Source: Eledone cirrhosa (taxonomy: Eukaryota). Taken from it: a stretch of 64,000 nt of DNA. Shown in pieces: positions 31,501 to 46,406 of the stretch. Under the pieces are notes generated by a model, which did no database searches, was not told where the DNA came from, and worked only from the letters and a program-made list of their open reading frames with translations. A program made the position numbers and the translations under genes. Each line of letters starts with the position of its first letter. Position 1 is the first letter of the stretch. The stretch lies in the NCBI GenBank assembly GCA_964016885.1, contig OZ024749.1:46934001-46998000 (forward strand), read 5' to 3'.

Positions 31501-32210
31501 TATTATATAACTATTTGAAATATATCCTATAATCACTGTAACAGTTTCTCTTGCATTAATGAATTAAAAACAAGATTTTGGTAGACGACTGAACTACACG
31601 AACAAGAAACGTCTCCTGAAGTAATATTATTCAGCGTCGATATTCACTGAATATGTATATACTAAACACCAATATATTTTTGTTTGCGTATTAATATAGA
31701 CTTATAGCCAGCAAAAGAATGTATGTTATTACATATCTACTTTCTCAGCAATGTTTGTCTGATAGAGAACCACAAAACCAACAAAGCAGACCATTCCATT
31801 AAATGGATTAAAATCAAAATAACAGTGAATATATATGGATTTCTGTGCACTTTATCCTTTACTTTATTATAGATATCAGTCTAATTAAATTATTCCACCC
31901 CATATTTGTGAGACGAATACACATTATAACAAAGCAATATTTAATGCGTAATAGAAACGATAAAATATAGGTTTTTCAAACGTTACTTGTGCAACATCGT
32001 GACGCGAGTGTTTACGCAGCTGAATAGCCATCAGTAAAGTCCTCGTGATCGAATCGTTTCAAGCCCTTTTTGTCTCCGTTGAGAGCCCGAGCATAGTTGC
32101 TGCCCATATGATATTTGAATCATCACATCTGCACTATCAGGATTGATAGAAAGAATGTACGATGGAAGCCGCTCTTGGATTGACCACATATATTGTATGT
32201 TTGTATGTTT

Positions 32211-32265
<55 letters not shown>

Positions 32266-33486
32266 GTATGTGTGTGTTTGTAGGGAGAGGGGGAAATGAA
32301 GAGCGAGAGAGTGAAAGAGATGTTGGATAAACAGAGGAGGATATATAAGGATATTTATACAAACATATATTTTGAGATATCTACGTCCGTTAACACCAAT
32401 GCAAAAAAATAGAGCACGACACAATTGGTAATTGAAAGAAGAGAAAACAAAACATCTTTATATATGATTTTTCTCTCTCCGTAATTGTGGATAATTGAGT
32501 TATTATTCATGTTTTACTTTTAGTCAAATAACGTACACCATCATAGTTAGATTTGTATTTTATATTTTTGCTTTCAGATAGTGTGTGATCTTACAAAAAG
32601 AAATACTTTATGCGACATTAGCAAACTCATAAATATGTATCTCTATTACGGTCCTATATACATCGATATCTAGCAGGTTCGATATCTAGAGCACCATTTA
32701 TATAAATAAATAAATGTCGATGGAATACATAACATTAGAGACGAAAGATGCACCAAATACACATATATGATAATGAAGAAAGATGTCATTTTAATATCTA
32801 AGCGCAATTGTTTCGAAGTCCAGTTTAGCAATTATAGATATAAAGAATTGCTCCAGACACCATTATTCACCAAAGACTATAAATGCAACTTGGGATAGAA
32901 ATATAATAATATATGAATAATATAAATGCTAGAGTATATGACGAACGTATATGTAATTCTAATCTCTCTCATCCTTAGCTTCTTATCTTTACACAGTTTT
33001 ACAGGCGCACACATCGATTGTTTCACGGAGAAAATCTCACAAATGCAAGTAGCAGATGCGGATGATATTATAAATTATCTTTCTACGTCTGTCTTTGTGT
33101 TTAAAGAGATAAATGTATAGCTTTGTTATTTAAGTGATACCCTACATCGAGAACATCAAGGGCGAAACATTAACCGATATATGACAGAGTTTAAATTGTT
33201 TCAAGTTTGTTTAAATGGTTAGTTAGAAAGTAACTCAAGTAAACTATATTAGTGTAAAATATCCAACTGAGTATATTGGTAATGTTAGTAATAATGAGTA
33301 AGGCGATTAACATTTAAGAGAAAAAAAGAAGATATTTTATAGATATATTATTTTAGAACGGGAGTAAATTTTATGGCAATCGATATTTCTGTAAACCAAA
33401 AAAATATCCATACACACACATACACACACACACACGCATACATACAGACACACACACGCATACATATGCATACACACATACACACG

Positions 33487-33747
<261 letters not shown>

Positions 33748-33804
33748 TATATACGCACACACACACACAAAACTCACGTTCGTATTCAGTCAGCCCTTTT
33801 GGAG

Positions 33805-33906
<102 letters not shown>

Positions 33907-34388
33907 AATTTCGTGATGGGCAATTACGTTTCATGTGTGTTGCCTTTGTTCGAATACCTCGTCAGATATGCCGTATCTCACTGGACTGCGCCTTCTAATT
34001 TTGGGAAATGATAATTAACTACAAACACACAGAAGATCCTTTCAGCTCAATATAACACAATTAAATCTTAGACATCACTTGGTGACACGGATGAGTATGT
34101 CTAAACAGATTCAGCATGTACATGTCACACAATGCAAAACTGCAAACATAATGCTTTTCATGATAGATTCTATAACACAATTATCGACTGCAAATGATGC
34201 ACACACATTTCCATTCTTAGAAAAGTACGTACACATTAGCTATGGGCTGGACTCATGAAAACTGATACAAACTTATGTAAATAGAGACATATATACACAC
34301 TTGTACACAAACCTGCAAGCACTCATTAATTCACACACACACACAGATACACACACACACATACGCATATATGTATACGTGTGTTAGT

Positions 34389-34458
<70 letters not shown>

Positions 34459-35420
34459 GTCTCATATACCTAAAGGGCGTGTTTTCTGTGTATGGGAGAG
34501 TGTGTGCGCATAAATCCTATATGGTCATATCGGAAAAAGGAAATAAATTGCCTTTCACCTAAGCTAATTTGCAGTCCTTGCACTTCCAGAGTATATCCTG
34601 TCCTTTCGTTGTCTAAATTGGCATCATGCCGCTTTGTTAATTTAAACCTTCTATTGGAATTTTCCTTCCTTGCAGGCAAATTGATCTAACATAAAATCCT
34701 GCAAATATCAGTTGATGGTAAAGTTACGTTTTTCATTTATGTAATACGTTTCGATTCGGTAGAGACGTTATCGATCACAGAGACATACTGTAATTTTTTT
34801 ATTGCCAATTGCAGTGTTTCGACAAAAAACAAATTCTACATTCAAAGGAAACCATATTAAAAAAATACTTTCACGACGATGCTTATGAAATAAGGTTAGG
34901 AATGTTTAGCATAGAAAAATGTGTGTTAATGATTACACGAATTCTGTGAGTAACATTCAAAATAGACACTACCACTAAGTAATTTATAATACGTTTTAGA
35001 TTAATGCTGATACTGGTGTGGAACAACAACGTACAGAGTTGTTAAGAATGTTTTACATTATTTGTTTAGGTTTTGTTTTCTTTTTAGCATTTTGACTTCA
35101 ATTTTGAACAATAATTTATTTATCGCTTCTTGAAATAAAGGTTCGGATCACTGGTTCAGGACTAGCTGTGATCACTTGGTATTTATATGATTGAAACAAT
35201 GAAATATACATGTTATTAAATAGACACCAATGGCATGACGACGGTAGCACATATGTTTGCGATGAGGATGCCATGAGGGTTTCTTATACATTTAAACAAT
35301 ATCTCTCAATTGGAGGGAAAAAAACAAAGGAAACAACATATATTAAAGATGGGCTACTATGACATAATTTATATGTCACAACAGAACACACGGCGCACTC
35401 GTCTAATAGGTCTCTAGAAA

Positions 35421-35540
35421 AATAATTGTTTCTACTTTTGGCACAAAGCCAGCAATTACCCAGTGCATTACTGATGCTTTATTTTATCGACCCCGTAAGG
35501 ATGAAAGGCAAAGTTAACCTCGGGTGGATTTGAAATCAGA
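35421..35540 (-). mobile_element. 5'-truncated SINE
   Basis: Reverse complement of the SINE from the B box to the tail. Confidence 0.9.
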
Positions 35541-36463
35541 ATGGTCACTAGAAAATAAAACGCAACAGAATGATGTATATATCAAATAAATTATCTCCCT
35601 ATCAGCTGTAACTATATGAAAATATCTATTAACGCACCAAAAATAAAATATATTTTATATGAGAGTAAAGATAATGGAATTACCTATATTTGGACTCCAT
35701 GATGAATAAAACAAAGACCCTCATACAAACATAAAAATATATCCAGATGCAACAGGAGCATTTTGTGAACCACACTTTATAATAAAACGAGTGAAGAATA
35801 GATAAATGTCAAACCATGTTGAAAAACAATTCTGCCCCAGAAATAAAACCATCAGATTAAAATCAGATTAAATTATATTATATATTCAGTCGCAATTCTA
35901 AAAGCGTGAGTCGACGAGTTTAGCTATAGTGCAGTTAAGACAAACTTCACCAAAATAATGGAATAACCATACTACACTTAAATCTAAATTAAAATTATGC
36001 TTGCATATCCAGACGTGTCAATCTCTAAAAACCTTAACGGAGGGTATCATTTTCGCATGAGAAGACATCTATTACAAATACAAAAGTGATTGGGCGATCT
36101 CCTCGTCGGACGGGGAGAGTGGCCATGTTTGCATATCAATAAGTGAAATGAAGTAATTAGCATTATCATTTAAAAAGAAACATGTAAACATTTATAATGA
36201 TGTTGTTTCCCCCCTGTTTTACCCTTTTATTTTCCTTTTTATTACCTTTTCCTTCCTTTATATATTTTTATCTCTCTCTCCCACTTTCTCCCCAATAACC
36301 TCCAGTTGTTATTGACGCACTGGGATGAAACATCTTGTCTTTAATGCGTAGAAATAGCCATGACCTCCAGCAGAAAAATGATGAAAGAAAATGTTCTCAC
36401 GTTCATGCTTTCCTCTTATGTACAACTAATATAGCAATTACACAGCCCCTGTTTCTTCTTTTT

Positions 36464-36625
<162 letters not shown>

Positions 36626-36643
36626 CATATATATATATGTATG

Positions 36644-36803
<160 letters not shown>

Positions 36804-36891
36804 TTACGTTATTCCGGGTTGAATCGGAGGTAACCACAGTAAGTAAGGTACTCAATACATTGCAGAGTATAACAGTTTTAATATAGATGAG

Positions 36892-36938
36892 ATTCTACAG
36901 GACTAGAACTGTTTCATTCTTTAGAAATCATCAGGAAT
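36892..36938 (-). ncRNA. type I hammerhead (U.U at stem II base)
   Basis: Exact reverse complement of 37906-37952. Confidence 0.8.
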
Positions 36939-37471
36939 ATGGGTATCAACAAATAAGTATGGTATTTATAGGTCTCTACAAGTGGTAGGAGAGGGTGGGC
37001 AGTGGGATGGGTGTAGGTCATTGGTTGATAGAAAAGGGAATTCATTAAAAGCTAATTCTACAAAGCTATAGTTTATTTTTATTTTTAGAGTAACAAAGGC
37101 AGAAAGAATTCTATAAAGAGGTTCGGGATGGCATGCTACTCCTTATTATTAAGTTCCTCTTAAGCTAACAGGTGTCTATAAGATCACCGGGGGTCAGTCA
37201 TGGTAGATAGATTAAAGAAAAGGGAGATTCTTTAAAAGATAAATTCTTTAAGGTTCTACTAAGTGACAAAGTTTTAGAGAATTCTGTAGACAAATTCAAA
37301 ATATTAAGTGCATATCTTACAATTATATTCAAATTTCTCTTAAACTATTCAACCATATACCAAAAATCAACAGACACATTCACAAAACACACTCACTCAC
37401 ACACTCGCGCGCACCCATAAACACACATACACATACACACATACACATATACACACACACACATATAAATA

Positions 37472-37537
<66 letters not shown>

Positions 37538-37561
37538 CACACACATACATACACACATATG

Positions 37562-37593
<32 letters not shown>

Positions 37594-37905
37594 TATACAT
37601 ATATATAATGAAAAATTGAACGGGAACAAAACAGAGAGGCAGTACAAACAAATGTTTATTAATTTAGACACCTGTTAGCTTAAGAGAAACTTAATAATAA
37701 GGGTGGCATGCCATCCTGAACCTGTTTATATAATTATTTCTGCCTTTGTTACTCTAAAAATAAAACAATTAACTATAGCTTTGTAGAATTAGCTTTTAAT
37801 GAATTCCCTTTTCTATCAGCCAATGACCTACACCCATCCCACACCCCACCCTCTCCTACCACTTGTAGAGACCTATAAATACCATACTTATTTTTTGATA
37901 CCCAT

Positions 37906-37952
37906 ATTCCTGATGATTTCTAAAGAATGAAACAGTTCTAGTCCTGTAGAAT
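37906..37952 (+). ncRNA. type I hammerhead (U.U at stem II base)
   Basis: ATTC CTGATGA T TTC taaa GAA T GAAA CAG ttctagtc CTG TA GAAT. Confidence 0.8.
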
Positions 37953-37969
37953 CTCATCTATATTAAAAC

Positions 37970-38005
<36 letters not shown>

Positions 38006-38269
38006 AACCTAAATAAACATATATATATGTATATATATATTTCTTCAGATTTGTTGGTTCACCACTGGATAGAGTTGATCATTTCGTATGGTAAATCATG
38101 GTGTAATATTGTGGAGAGTACTCAACGTAGTGCAGTTCACCCGTCTTCGTTTGTGTAGTTGGTGTTGCGAATACGGAGTTAATTATAAATAAAATAACAG
38201 AAGCCTGGACTGGTGTATTTTGGTGTAATATTGTGGAGAGTACCCAACGTATTCCTTTGTAATATTCCA

Positions 38270-38327
38270 ATACCTGATTATATCACCGGATTCATATGGA
38301 ACCCAGTTATTGAAATGATCATAGTAT
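38270..38327 (+). ncRNA. hammerhead with a G8U core lesion
   Basis: ATAC CTGATTA T..long imperfect stem II..T GAAA TGATCA TA GTAT; flanked by inverted arms 38184-38218 and 38346-38380. Confidence 0.65.
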
Positions 38328-38425
38328 AATAAACCTTTGAAGGATTTACACCAGTCCAACCTCCTGTTATTTTATTTATATATATATATGGGTGTGTGTG
38401 TGTATGTGTGTGTGTGTGTGTGTGT

Positions 38426-38472
<47 letters not shown>

Positions 38473-38981
38473 TGTATATGTGTGTGTGTGTGTTTGTGTA
38501 TATGTGTGTGTGTGGGTGGGTGTATAAACACATATATAAACACACTAAAGACAGAAGACATTTCATTCACGTTCCTTCGAATTCGTTAAGCTCTGCATTC
38601 TTTACTTTTCTATGGTTAAATATTCCTTACAGACGCAAAATCCACTTTTTACATATTCATACATTTATATTATTTATGAATGCGCAACATCATAAAAATG
38701 GTTGGGCAACTCAATTTCAATAATATCTGTATATTTATGGTGACATATCAGAAAATGGGACATAAAACTTCTTAGAAATGTAGCTTATAAATAAAATTAA
38801 CTTCTTTACATAAACAAAATCCTCCGGCTTTGTAGTATGATGATGCTATTTTCTTTTTTTTTTCTTCGTTTTTGCTACGTCTGGTAAAGAGACTTTGTTA
38901 ATCTATAACTTCAAAGGGTAATCTATGCGAAAGAAACATTTGGAGAACATGGAAAATGATGGTATTAACAATATGATGATG

Positions 38982-38982
<1 letters not shown>

Positions 38983-39078
<96 letters not shown>

Positions 39079-39095
39079 GAAGAAGAAGAAGAAGA
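38983..39095. repeat. (AAT)n(AAG)n microsatellite
   Basis: Directly visible. Confidence 0.95.
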
Positions 39096-39481
39096 AAACG
39101 CACATGGCAGATATATATCGTTATGGAATCGCTCCCGTAAGTATTTGGTTTTTACTTCTTTAAAACAACTATGATAGAATAATTCTTATTACAAATGAAC
39201 AATAAGATTACAGTTTTCACGTTCAGCAAGCCATAACACATAGGGCCCCGATATTTAATATTTAATTTTGGATCAGAAATGTTATAGTCGAACATGAGGA
39301 AAATGGCAAAATGGCAAAATGGCTAAATAGCTAAATAGCTAAATGGCTAAGGGGACAGACAGAAAGATAATTACACCACAAACACCACTACCACGCTAAA
39401 AACTCTAGTCAAGTTACCTCAACTTATATTTCTACTTCAACTTCAACACCATCACTGCAGTACTACGATCACATCACCATA

Positions 39482-39621
39482 ACCACTGCCTCATTATCGC
39501 TACCGCCGTAATTCTCTCCCACTATCTCCTGCTAAGTACTACTAGCACAGCACCACCACCACCACCACCACTGCCTCATTATCATTACCGCCGCTATTCT
39601 CTCCCACTACCTCCTGCTAAG
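39482..39621. repeat. ~55-bp direct duplication, period ~86 bp
   Basis: ACCACTGCCTCATTATC..TACCGCCG..ATTCTCTCCCACTA.CTCCTGCTAAG occurs twice. Confidence 0.85.
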
Positions 39622-39894
39622 ACATGCATCGTAGTGTCCCCACTAAAAGAGGAATGCATCAACATATATAAATAGACTGATTTGATGACCCGGTCAAAAA
39701 AAAAAAAAAATCAAAACCAAAGCAGCACAGCGACAACGAAAAACGTAAAGTAAAAAAAAGTAAAATGAAAAAGAAAACAAACAGACAGACATAGAAGGGA
39801 AGGGAAAAACTAAGTCAGATATTCAACATTACATTACAATGAAACTTATGCTTATTCTTTTTTTTTTTAACCTATTTGTTTGTTTGTTTATTTA

Positions 39895-42800
39895 TGTCCA
39901 TCTACAGCGTGATAGTGCCACACAAAAATCACCGGGAGTGATGAAATCACCGGAAGTGATGAAATCACCGGTGGTTATGTAACCATACATTCACCAATCC
40001 TCGATAAGAATGTTTAAATGTCGAACCTAAACAGTTCGAATAACGGTGAAGTGGAGACTAGAATGTCATGTGACAGACTCTCACCAAGCAGGTGCTCCTT
40101 GGCTCAGCAGCAGGGACCTGGCTGTCAACCAATTAGTGCTGGTGTCGGAGGAAGAAGAAGAAGGAAAGGGGCCAGAACGAACTAGACGAAAGAATTGAAT
40201 AGAACGGTTATGCAATGTTACCTGAAGAGTAACCCCAAGGAGAAAGGCTATAGAAAACGGATGCATAACATCTGGAACGAGATTGGTCTATTTAAATTAG
40301 ATGAACAAAAATTGGCCTGGCAGGCTCGGGTAATAAGAACTAATGGCTGGATAAGCGAGCTGGAACTAGGTGAACTGAGTAGAGAGATTAGGTTGGACAT
40401 GGAGAGTGGAGTATGCCAGGCAAACGAGCCAGTGGGAAATAAAGCTAAAGAGGTTGACAGAACGGAGGAACCATCCCAAGCAGACAATGATCTGAATGCT
40501 GAAATAAATAATACCCGGAACAAAGATTCGGCCATTGAGGAGATGAATGCTGACGGGCTAGACCAAGATTTGGTTGATATCCTAAACTTAGTGGTAGATG
40601 AATTGAACAATGATAGTGGGAAACCTATGAACCATAGATTTGTAGACAGGAAAAAGTTAAAAGAAACAACAGCTAAGGTAAACAAAGTCATCCCATACCT
40701 TGAGGCGAGGAGCCTTTACCAGTGCAACACTATCCTCAAAGCAACAGCAAATGTAGTGAGAAAATTACTTGGTATAAAAGTGAGATGAAACAACAAAGAA
40801 GAAAGATCAGAGACTTGGTGGAAGAAACGACTGAATGATCAAATCAGGGAAATGAGAAATGACATTGGAAAGCTTGATTCTCTACTGAATGGGACACTAA
40901 AAAACATACACACTAAAAATAGACTGGAAATAAAGTACAAAACTATGAGGAAAAAGCTAAATATTATCATAGAGGAACTGAAGCAACGCATTGTAGCAAA
41001 GAGTGCAACAATTAGGCGATACGAGAGCAGAGTCTGTCAGTATAGACAGAACTGCACCTTTGAAAACAACCAGAATATGCTGTTTGGACAGCTTGAAGGG
41101 AAAGAAAGAGGCAACGACTTGATCCCTGAGAGGGAACAAACTAACACATTATGGAGAGGAATATGGGAGCAGGATGTTAAACATAATGACAAGGCAGTGT
41201 GGTTTGAGACAGTACAAAAGGAGAATAGGGAACAGGCACACCAACAAACTGATTTGAGTATCACAGTTGAAATTCTTAAGGGGCAGGCCAAAAATCTAAC
41301 CAACTGGAAATCACCAGGCCCAGATGGTGTGCAGGGGTATTGGATTAAATATTAACATCCCTCCACCCGAAACTGACAACCATGTTCAATGTCTGCTTGA
41401 TGTCAGGTGAGGTACCAGAGTGGTTGTCAAAAGGTACCACAGTTCTGGTAATGAAATACCGAATCAAGGGTAATGATGTTACCAACTATACACCTATCAC
41501 ATGTCTGTCCGTAATGTGGAAACTGTTGACAAGCATTGTGTCTGAGGAAATCTTCCATCACCTCCACACAAACAACTTGTTACCGGACGAACAGAAAGGA
41601 TGCCGAAAGAAGTCCCGTGGTACGAAGGAGCAGTTACTTATTGATAAGATGATAATGAGGAATTGTAGGAGGAGACACACTGAACTTGCCATGGGATGGA
41701 TAGACTACAAAAAGGCATTTGACATGGTGCCTCATTCTTGGATAACCAAAAGCCTAGATATCTTCAAGGTGGCAGATAACATCATACAGTTGTTGGGCAA
41801 AAGTATGAAGTCCTGGAAAACAGAGTTAACATCAGCTGGAGAATCCTTGGGAGGCGTGAAGATCATGAGAGGTATCTTCCAGGGAGATTGTCTGTCCCCT
41901 CTGTTGTTTGTCTTTGCCCTGATGCCCCTGACCATTATACTGCGAACAGTGAGAGCAGGATAAAAGTTGGGAAAGGGAGAGCTTACAATCAATCACATCC
42001 TCTTCATGGACGATCTTAAGTTCTTCGGGAAGAGTGAGAAGGAGTTGGATGTGCTTGTTGACACTGTCCGTATTTTCAGAAATGATATATGTATGCAATT
42101 TGGTATTAGTAAGTGTGGAGTCTTTGTGATGAAGAGGGTAAATTGAGCAGAAGCAACGGAATCCAGGTACGAACAGGTGAGATGATAAAGGAAATTGACA
42201 CGGAAGAAGGATACACGTATTTGGGTGTTCTGGAGGATGATGACATCAAGAACAAAAAAATGAAGGAACTGATAAGATCTGAATACAATCGGAGAGTAAG
42301 GAGCGTATAAAATTCACATCTGAACAGTAGGAATGCCATACGTGCAGTAAATTCCCGAGCTGTGTCTATTATTAGGTACAGTGCGGGAATTCTGAGATGG
42401 AATGTTGCTGAACCAAAAGAAATGGATAAGAAGACTAGGAAGCTATTGACTATCTACAGCATGTTCCACAAGAGGAGTGATGTAGATAGACTCTACTTAA
42501 GGAGATCTGAATGTGGAAGAGGTCTTATCAGCATAGAGGACTGTTTCAAATCGAGAAAAACAACCTACACAAATACGTGACTGATGGTAAGGAGCCAATG
42601 CTCAGAACTGTACTGAAGGAGAGGACAATAGACCAGCGGATATCCAGGGAGGAAATAACAACAAGGAGAAAGAGCAGCCTTCATGAAAAATCCCTTCATA
42701 GCACCTTCTTTGAGAAAACTGAATTCATAGATCCACAGACATGGAACTGGTTGAAAAGAGGAGACCTTAAAAAATGCTACAGAAGGAATGCTAATGGCTG

Positions 42801-43520
42801 CCCAAGAGCAGGCCCTCAAAACGAAGTGGTTGAAACACCATATTTACAAGTAGGAGGCTAGCCCACTGTGCAGGATCTGTGGAGAGAGAGAGGAGACTGT
42901 GGCTCTCATTGTATCCGAGTTTAAACACCTAGCCCAGACTCACTATAAAGGCTGGAGACATGATGTGATGGGCAGGATGATCCACCGACACCTATGCAGA
43001 GTAAACAATTTACCACATTCTGAGAAGTGGTATGGGCATAAGCCAGAGTAGTTGATAGAAAACGATCGGGTGAAGATGCATGGTATATTAGGATACAGAC
43101 GGACAAGAAACTGGAACACAATAGACCTGACCTGGTGGTTTTGGACAAGGAAAAAAAGATCGTGCCTGATTGTGGATGTGGCCTGCCCATTCGACACGAG
43201 AGCTCAAGAGAAGGAGAGGGAGAAAATCAACCGATACCAGAAATTAAAGTGGGAGGTAAAAAGGATTTGGAACTGCCACGAAGTCAAAGTGGTCCCGATT
43301 GTCATAGGCGCACTAGGTACTATCTCAAAAGGTTTCCAGGGATGGTTAAAGAAAATTGGCCCCGCCACGCTTTTTGGAACACTTCAAAAGGCATGCTTGT
43401 TGGGAGCAGCAAGAACCCTCCGAAACGTCCTGAATATCTGAGGCTGCAGGTAGTGACTTGATATTCATTTCAACAAATTTCCCAGTTAACTAACATTAAT
43501 GACTGAGACTCAAAGAACAA
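39895..43520 (+). mobile_element. R4/Dong-clade non-LTR retrotransposon, near full length
   Basis: Single-ORF organisation with RT followed by a restriction-like endonuclease; short 3' UTR runs into (TAA)n-like repeats. 5' boundary is approximate. Confidence 0.9.
40018..43441 (+). pseudogene. disrupted polyprotein: N-terminal domain, reverse transcriptase, decayed CCHC knuckle, PD-(D/E)xK endonuclease
   Basis: Motifs VMQCYLKSNP..GYRKRMHNIW, KSPGPDG, NYTPITCL, EQKGC, WIDYKKAFDMVPHSW, RGIFQGDCLSPLLF, HILFMDDLK, YLG, CRICG, RHD, HNRPDLVV, IVDVACPFD, VVPIVIGALG; several stops and frameshifts. Confidence 0.93.
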
Positions 43521-43705
43521 TAATAATAATAATAATACTAATAATAGTAATAACAATAATACTAATACAAATAATACTACTACTACTAATAATAATAATA
43601 ATGAAGAACAACAACAACAACAAAACACATAGAGGATAGTGTTTTTCTTTCTCATCAAGGCTCTCGCACAATATATCACACTGAGTATGTATGAATGTAA
43701 ATAAG

Positions 43706-43737
<32 letters not shown>

Positions 43738-43918
43738 GAGCGGTGGAGAGAGAAATAACAGAGAGGGATGTATGTCATTGTGTATGCGTGTGTGTTTCTT
43801 TGTGAGAATATACACTCACAACCACACACACTTACACACACACACTTACACACACACTCATTCACACCCACATACACATACACACACACATACCCACACG
43901 CACACACGCACACTCACT

Positions 43919-44044
<126 letters not shown>

Positions 44045-45348
44045 CATACGCTTAAATTTCTAAAATTAGTTAAATAAATGTGTTTGTGAAAACACAAATA
44101 TATACGACTAAAATGCTTCGAAATAAAAGTAAAATTGAAATCCTTTTTTCTGATTTATGGATGTTGCATATTTATTTCAGTAATTTGATAGAAAAGGATT
44201 ACTACCTGCTACTTGTGTGCCATCAGTAGTTATTCTCAGTGGAATGTATTCGGCGCCTGTAGGGTTTTGAGGTTTTTAGCTTCAGTTCTTGTGCTATTTC
44301 TTGTTTTCTTCATATCAGCTCTGCTGGCTTGGAATATATTGCCCAATTTATAGGTAAACCATTTCCTAAAATACCTAAAGAAAAACAAATTAAGAACAAA
44401 TAAAAATAGTATATCAACTATCATTTTGCTAGCATTCATAAAGTAGGTTCTGAGAAGAAGGATTAAAATACTGTCATATAGTTAGACATGTCTTTTAAAT
44501 TAACCATTACCTATCCACATTCTTATGATTTAGTATCATTAATATTTAATAGGAAATGATATATCGATTGATATTCCTTTCTGATATGGTATTCTATTGA
44601 AATATTAATTTGCTTCTGCTACCTCTGTTCATGAAATCACATTTAAGATCATTAATTTTCATAATTTCAGCATGACTTCACTTTTAGCCTACATTGCCAA
44701 TTTAATTTGACTTTCATTTTCTTGGAATCCAAATTATTCGTCTGAGAACTTATATGTCTTTGCATTTATTTTTTCCTCATCCAAATTCTAATTAGTCTCC
44801 CCTAAATAATTGAATCCTAATACACCATCACATGCTTTGAAACATAATTATTTTAGATCCACGTTCATATTCAAATAAATCTCACTATATTTCCTTTTGG
44901 CATGTGTGTTCTATTTTATATTCAAAAGAAATATTCTCCCTCTCCTTATTTCTGTCTGCTGTTCCTGCAGTCCCACACGCATACTTTCTTTCTCTTATAT
45001 TTTTACTTAAATGCCACATCGATGTTTAGTTAAATCGAATAAAGAACATTACGTCATAGGAATCATTATCATTTTCACTTCTAGACATTTTCTTTCAACA
45101 TGAGATTTTTGTTTTTTCATATGCAACATGTGATTACATTATTCTCTTCATAAAGCCCCATGATGAATAATGAAACACAATAGAAATCACCTGCATGGAT
45201 GGATTGCATGATGAGAATATATTTCATATAAATGTCATTAATTCATTTCGAATTCATGCTTTCATTCAACAATGGAAAATCTCCGGATCTAGAAAATATC
45301 ATAGACAAAACTCATGGTCGAATATATATGTATATATATATATGTTTG

Positions 45349-45514
<166 letters not shown>

Positions 45515-45563
45515 CAAACAAAGTAATCTTAGAATAAGACAAGGAAGTGTGAAATAATTTAAC

Positions 45564-45628
45564 ATATTCATACGGGATTATTTGTATTCAATTTCTAGCT
45601 ATTCTAGCTATTATTCATCAGTGAATAT
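45564..45628 (-). ncRNA. decayed hammerhead
   Basis: Perfect 7-bp stem I ATATTCA/TGAATAT, CTGATGA, AGCTA/TAGCT hairpin; GAAA altered to GAATA; GTA triplet. Confidence 0.6.
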
Positions 45629-45809
45629 TTTACAATCATAGAATATTACAGATTAAAGATTTTCCTTCTTCATCTCCATCCCTTTTCATATAATGGATGG
45701 TTCCTTCCTTCAATCATTTATCCATATTCATTCATAAATTTATTAATAACCATGCTTGGAGCACCGTTTGATTCGACAGTTCTAATGGTACGCACAAGCC
45801 ACCTTGAGC

Positions 45810-45861
<52 letters not shown>

Positions 45862-45864
<3 letters not shown>

Positions 45865-46362
45865 CGGCGATGAATTATTTTTGCGAGGTTTTTTATATTA
45901 AATCGTATGTCGAAACGAAATATTGTTATACTTGGGGAGGGTCATATTTGTGTAATAATATTGCCAGAATTAATAACAGAACACACATCAAACAAAACAC
46001 TATACACACACGCAAACGCATGCGCAGAGAAGACAAACAAATAAACACATAAATAAATAAATAAATAAACAGACTAAATAAAGTTGACGTAGGCATACAA
46101 TACAACGGGAGGAAACATAATAGTGTCACTGACGATGTTGCAGATGTACGACGAAAGAACTTTGATAGACTATATATATGTGTTTGTGTCTATATTGTAA
46201 CATCGAGGACCGAATAAATAAAATTAACCGATATAAAATATATAGAAGCGATATAACCGATATAACCGACATAGAAGCGAAAACAAACCAAAGACTGAGT
46301 GTGTTCTGTTATTAATTCTGGCAATATTATTACACAAATATGACCCTCCCCATGTATAACAG

Positions 46363-46365
<3 letters not shown>
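45862..46365 (+). mobile_element. non-coding element with ~62-bp inverted arms around a hammerhead
   Basis: 45925-45987 is approximately the reverse complement of 46299-46360. Confidence 0.85.
46124..46167 (+). ncRNA. minimal type I hammerhead
   Basis: TGTCA CTGACGA t GTTG cagatgta CGAC GAAA GAAC TT TGATA. Confidence 0.7.

Positions 46366-46405
<40 letters not shown>

Positions 46406-46406
<1 letters not shown>

Larger units (their letters stand above)
36805..37970. mobile_element. PLE-like non-coding element with ~305-bp inverted arms, each carrying a hammerhead
   Basis: 36874-37178 is approximately the reverse complement of 37665-37970; (TA)n on both outer sides. Confidence 0.9.

Noticed and set aside
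33921-33970. Minus-strand CTGACGAG...GAAACGTA hammerhead-like match
   Set aside because: The core is present but stems I and II pair poorly; may be decayed, not supportable by eye
34470-34700. Non-repetitive short ORFs as host exons (also 4007-4291, 6212-6466, 58258-58599, 58869-59162)
   Set aside because: No recognisable domain or coherent splice structure
40248-43197. Minus-strand ORFs within the LINE
   Set aside because: Antisense shadows of the retrotransposon ORF
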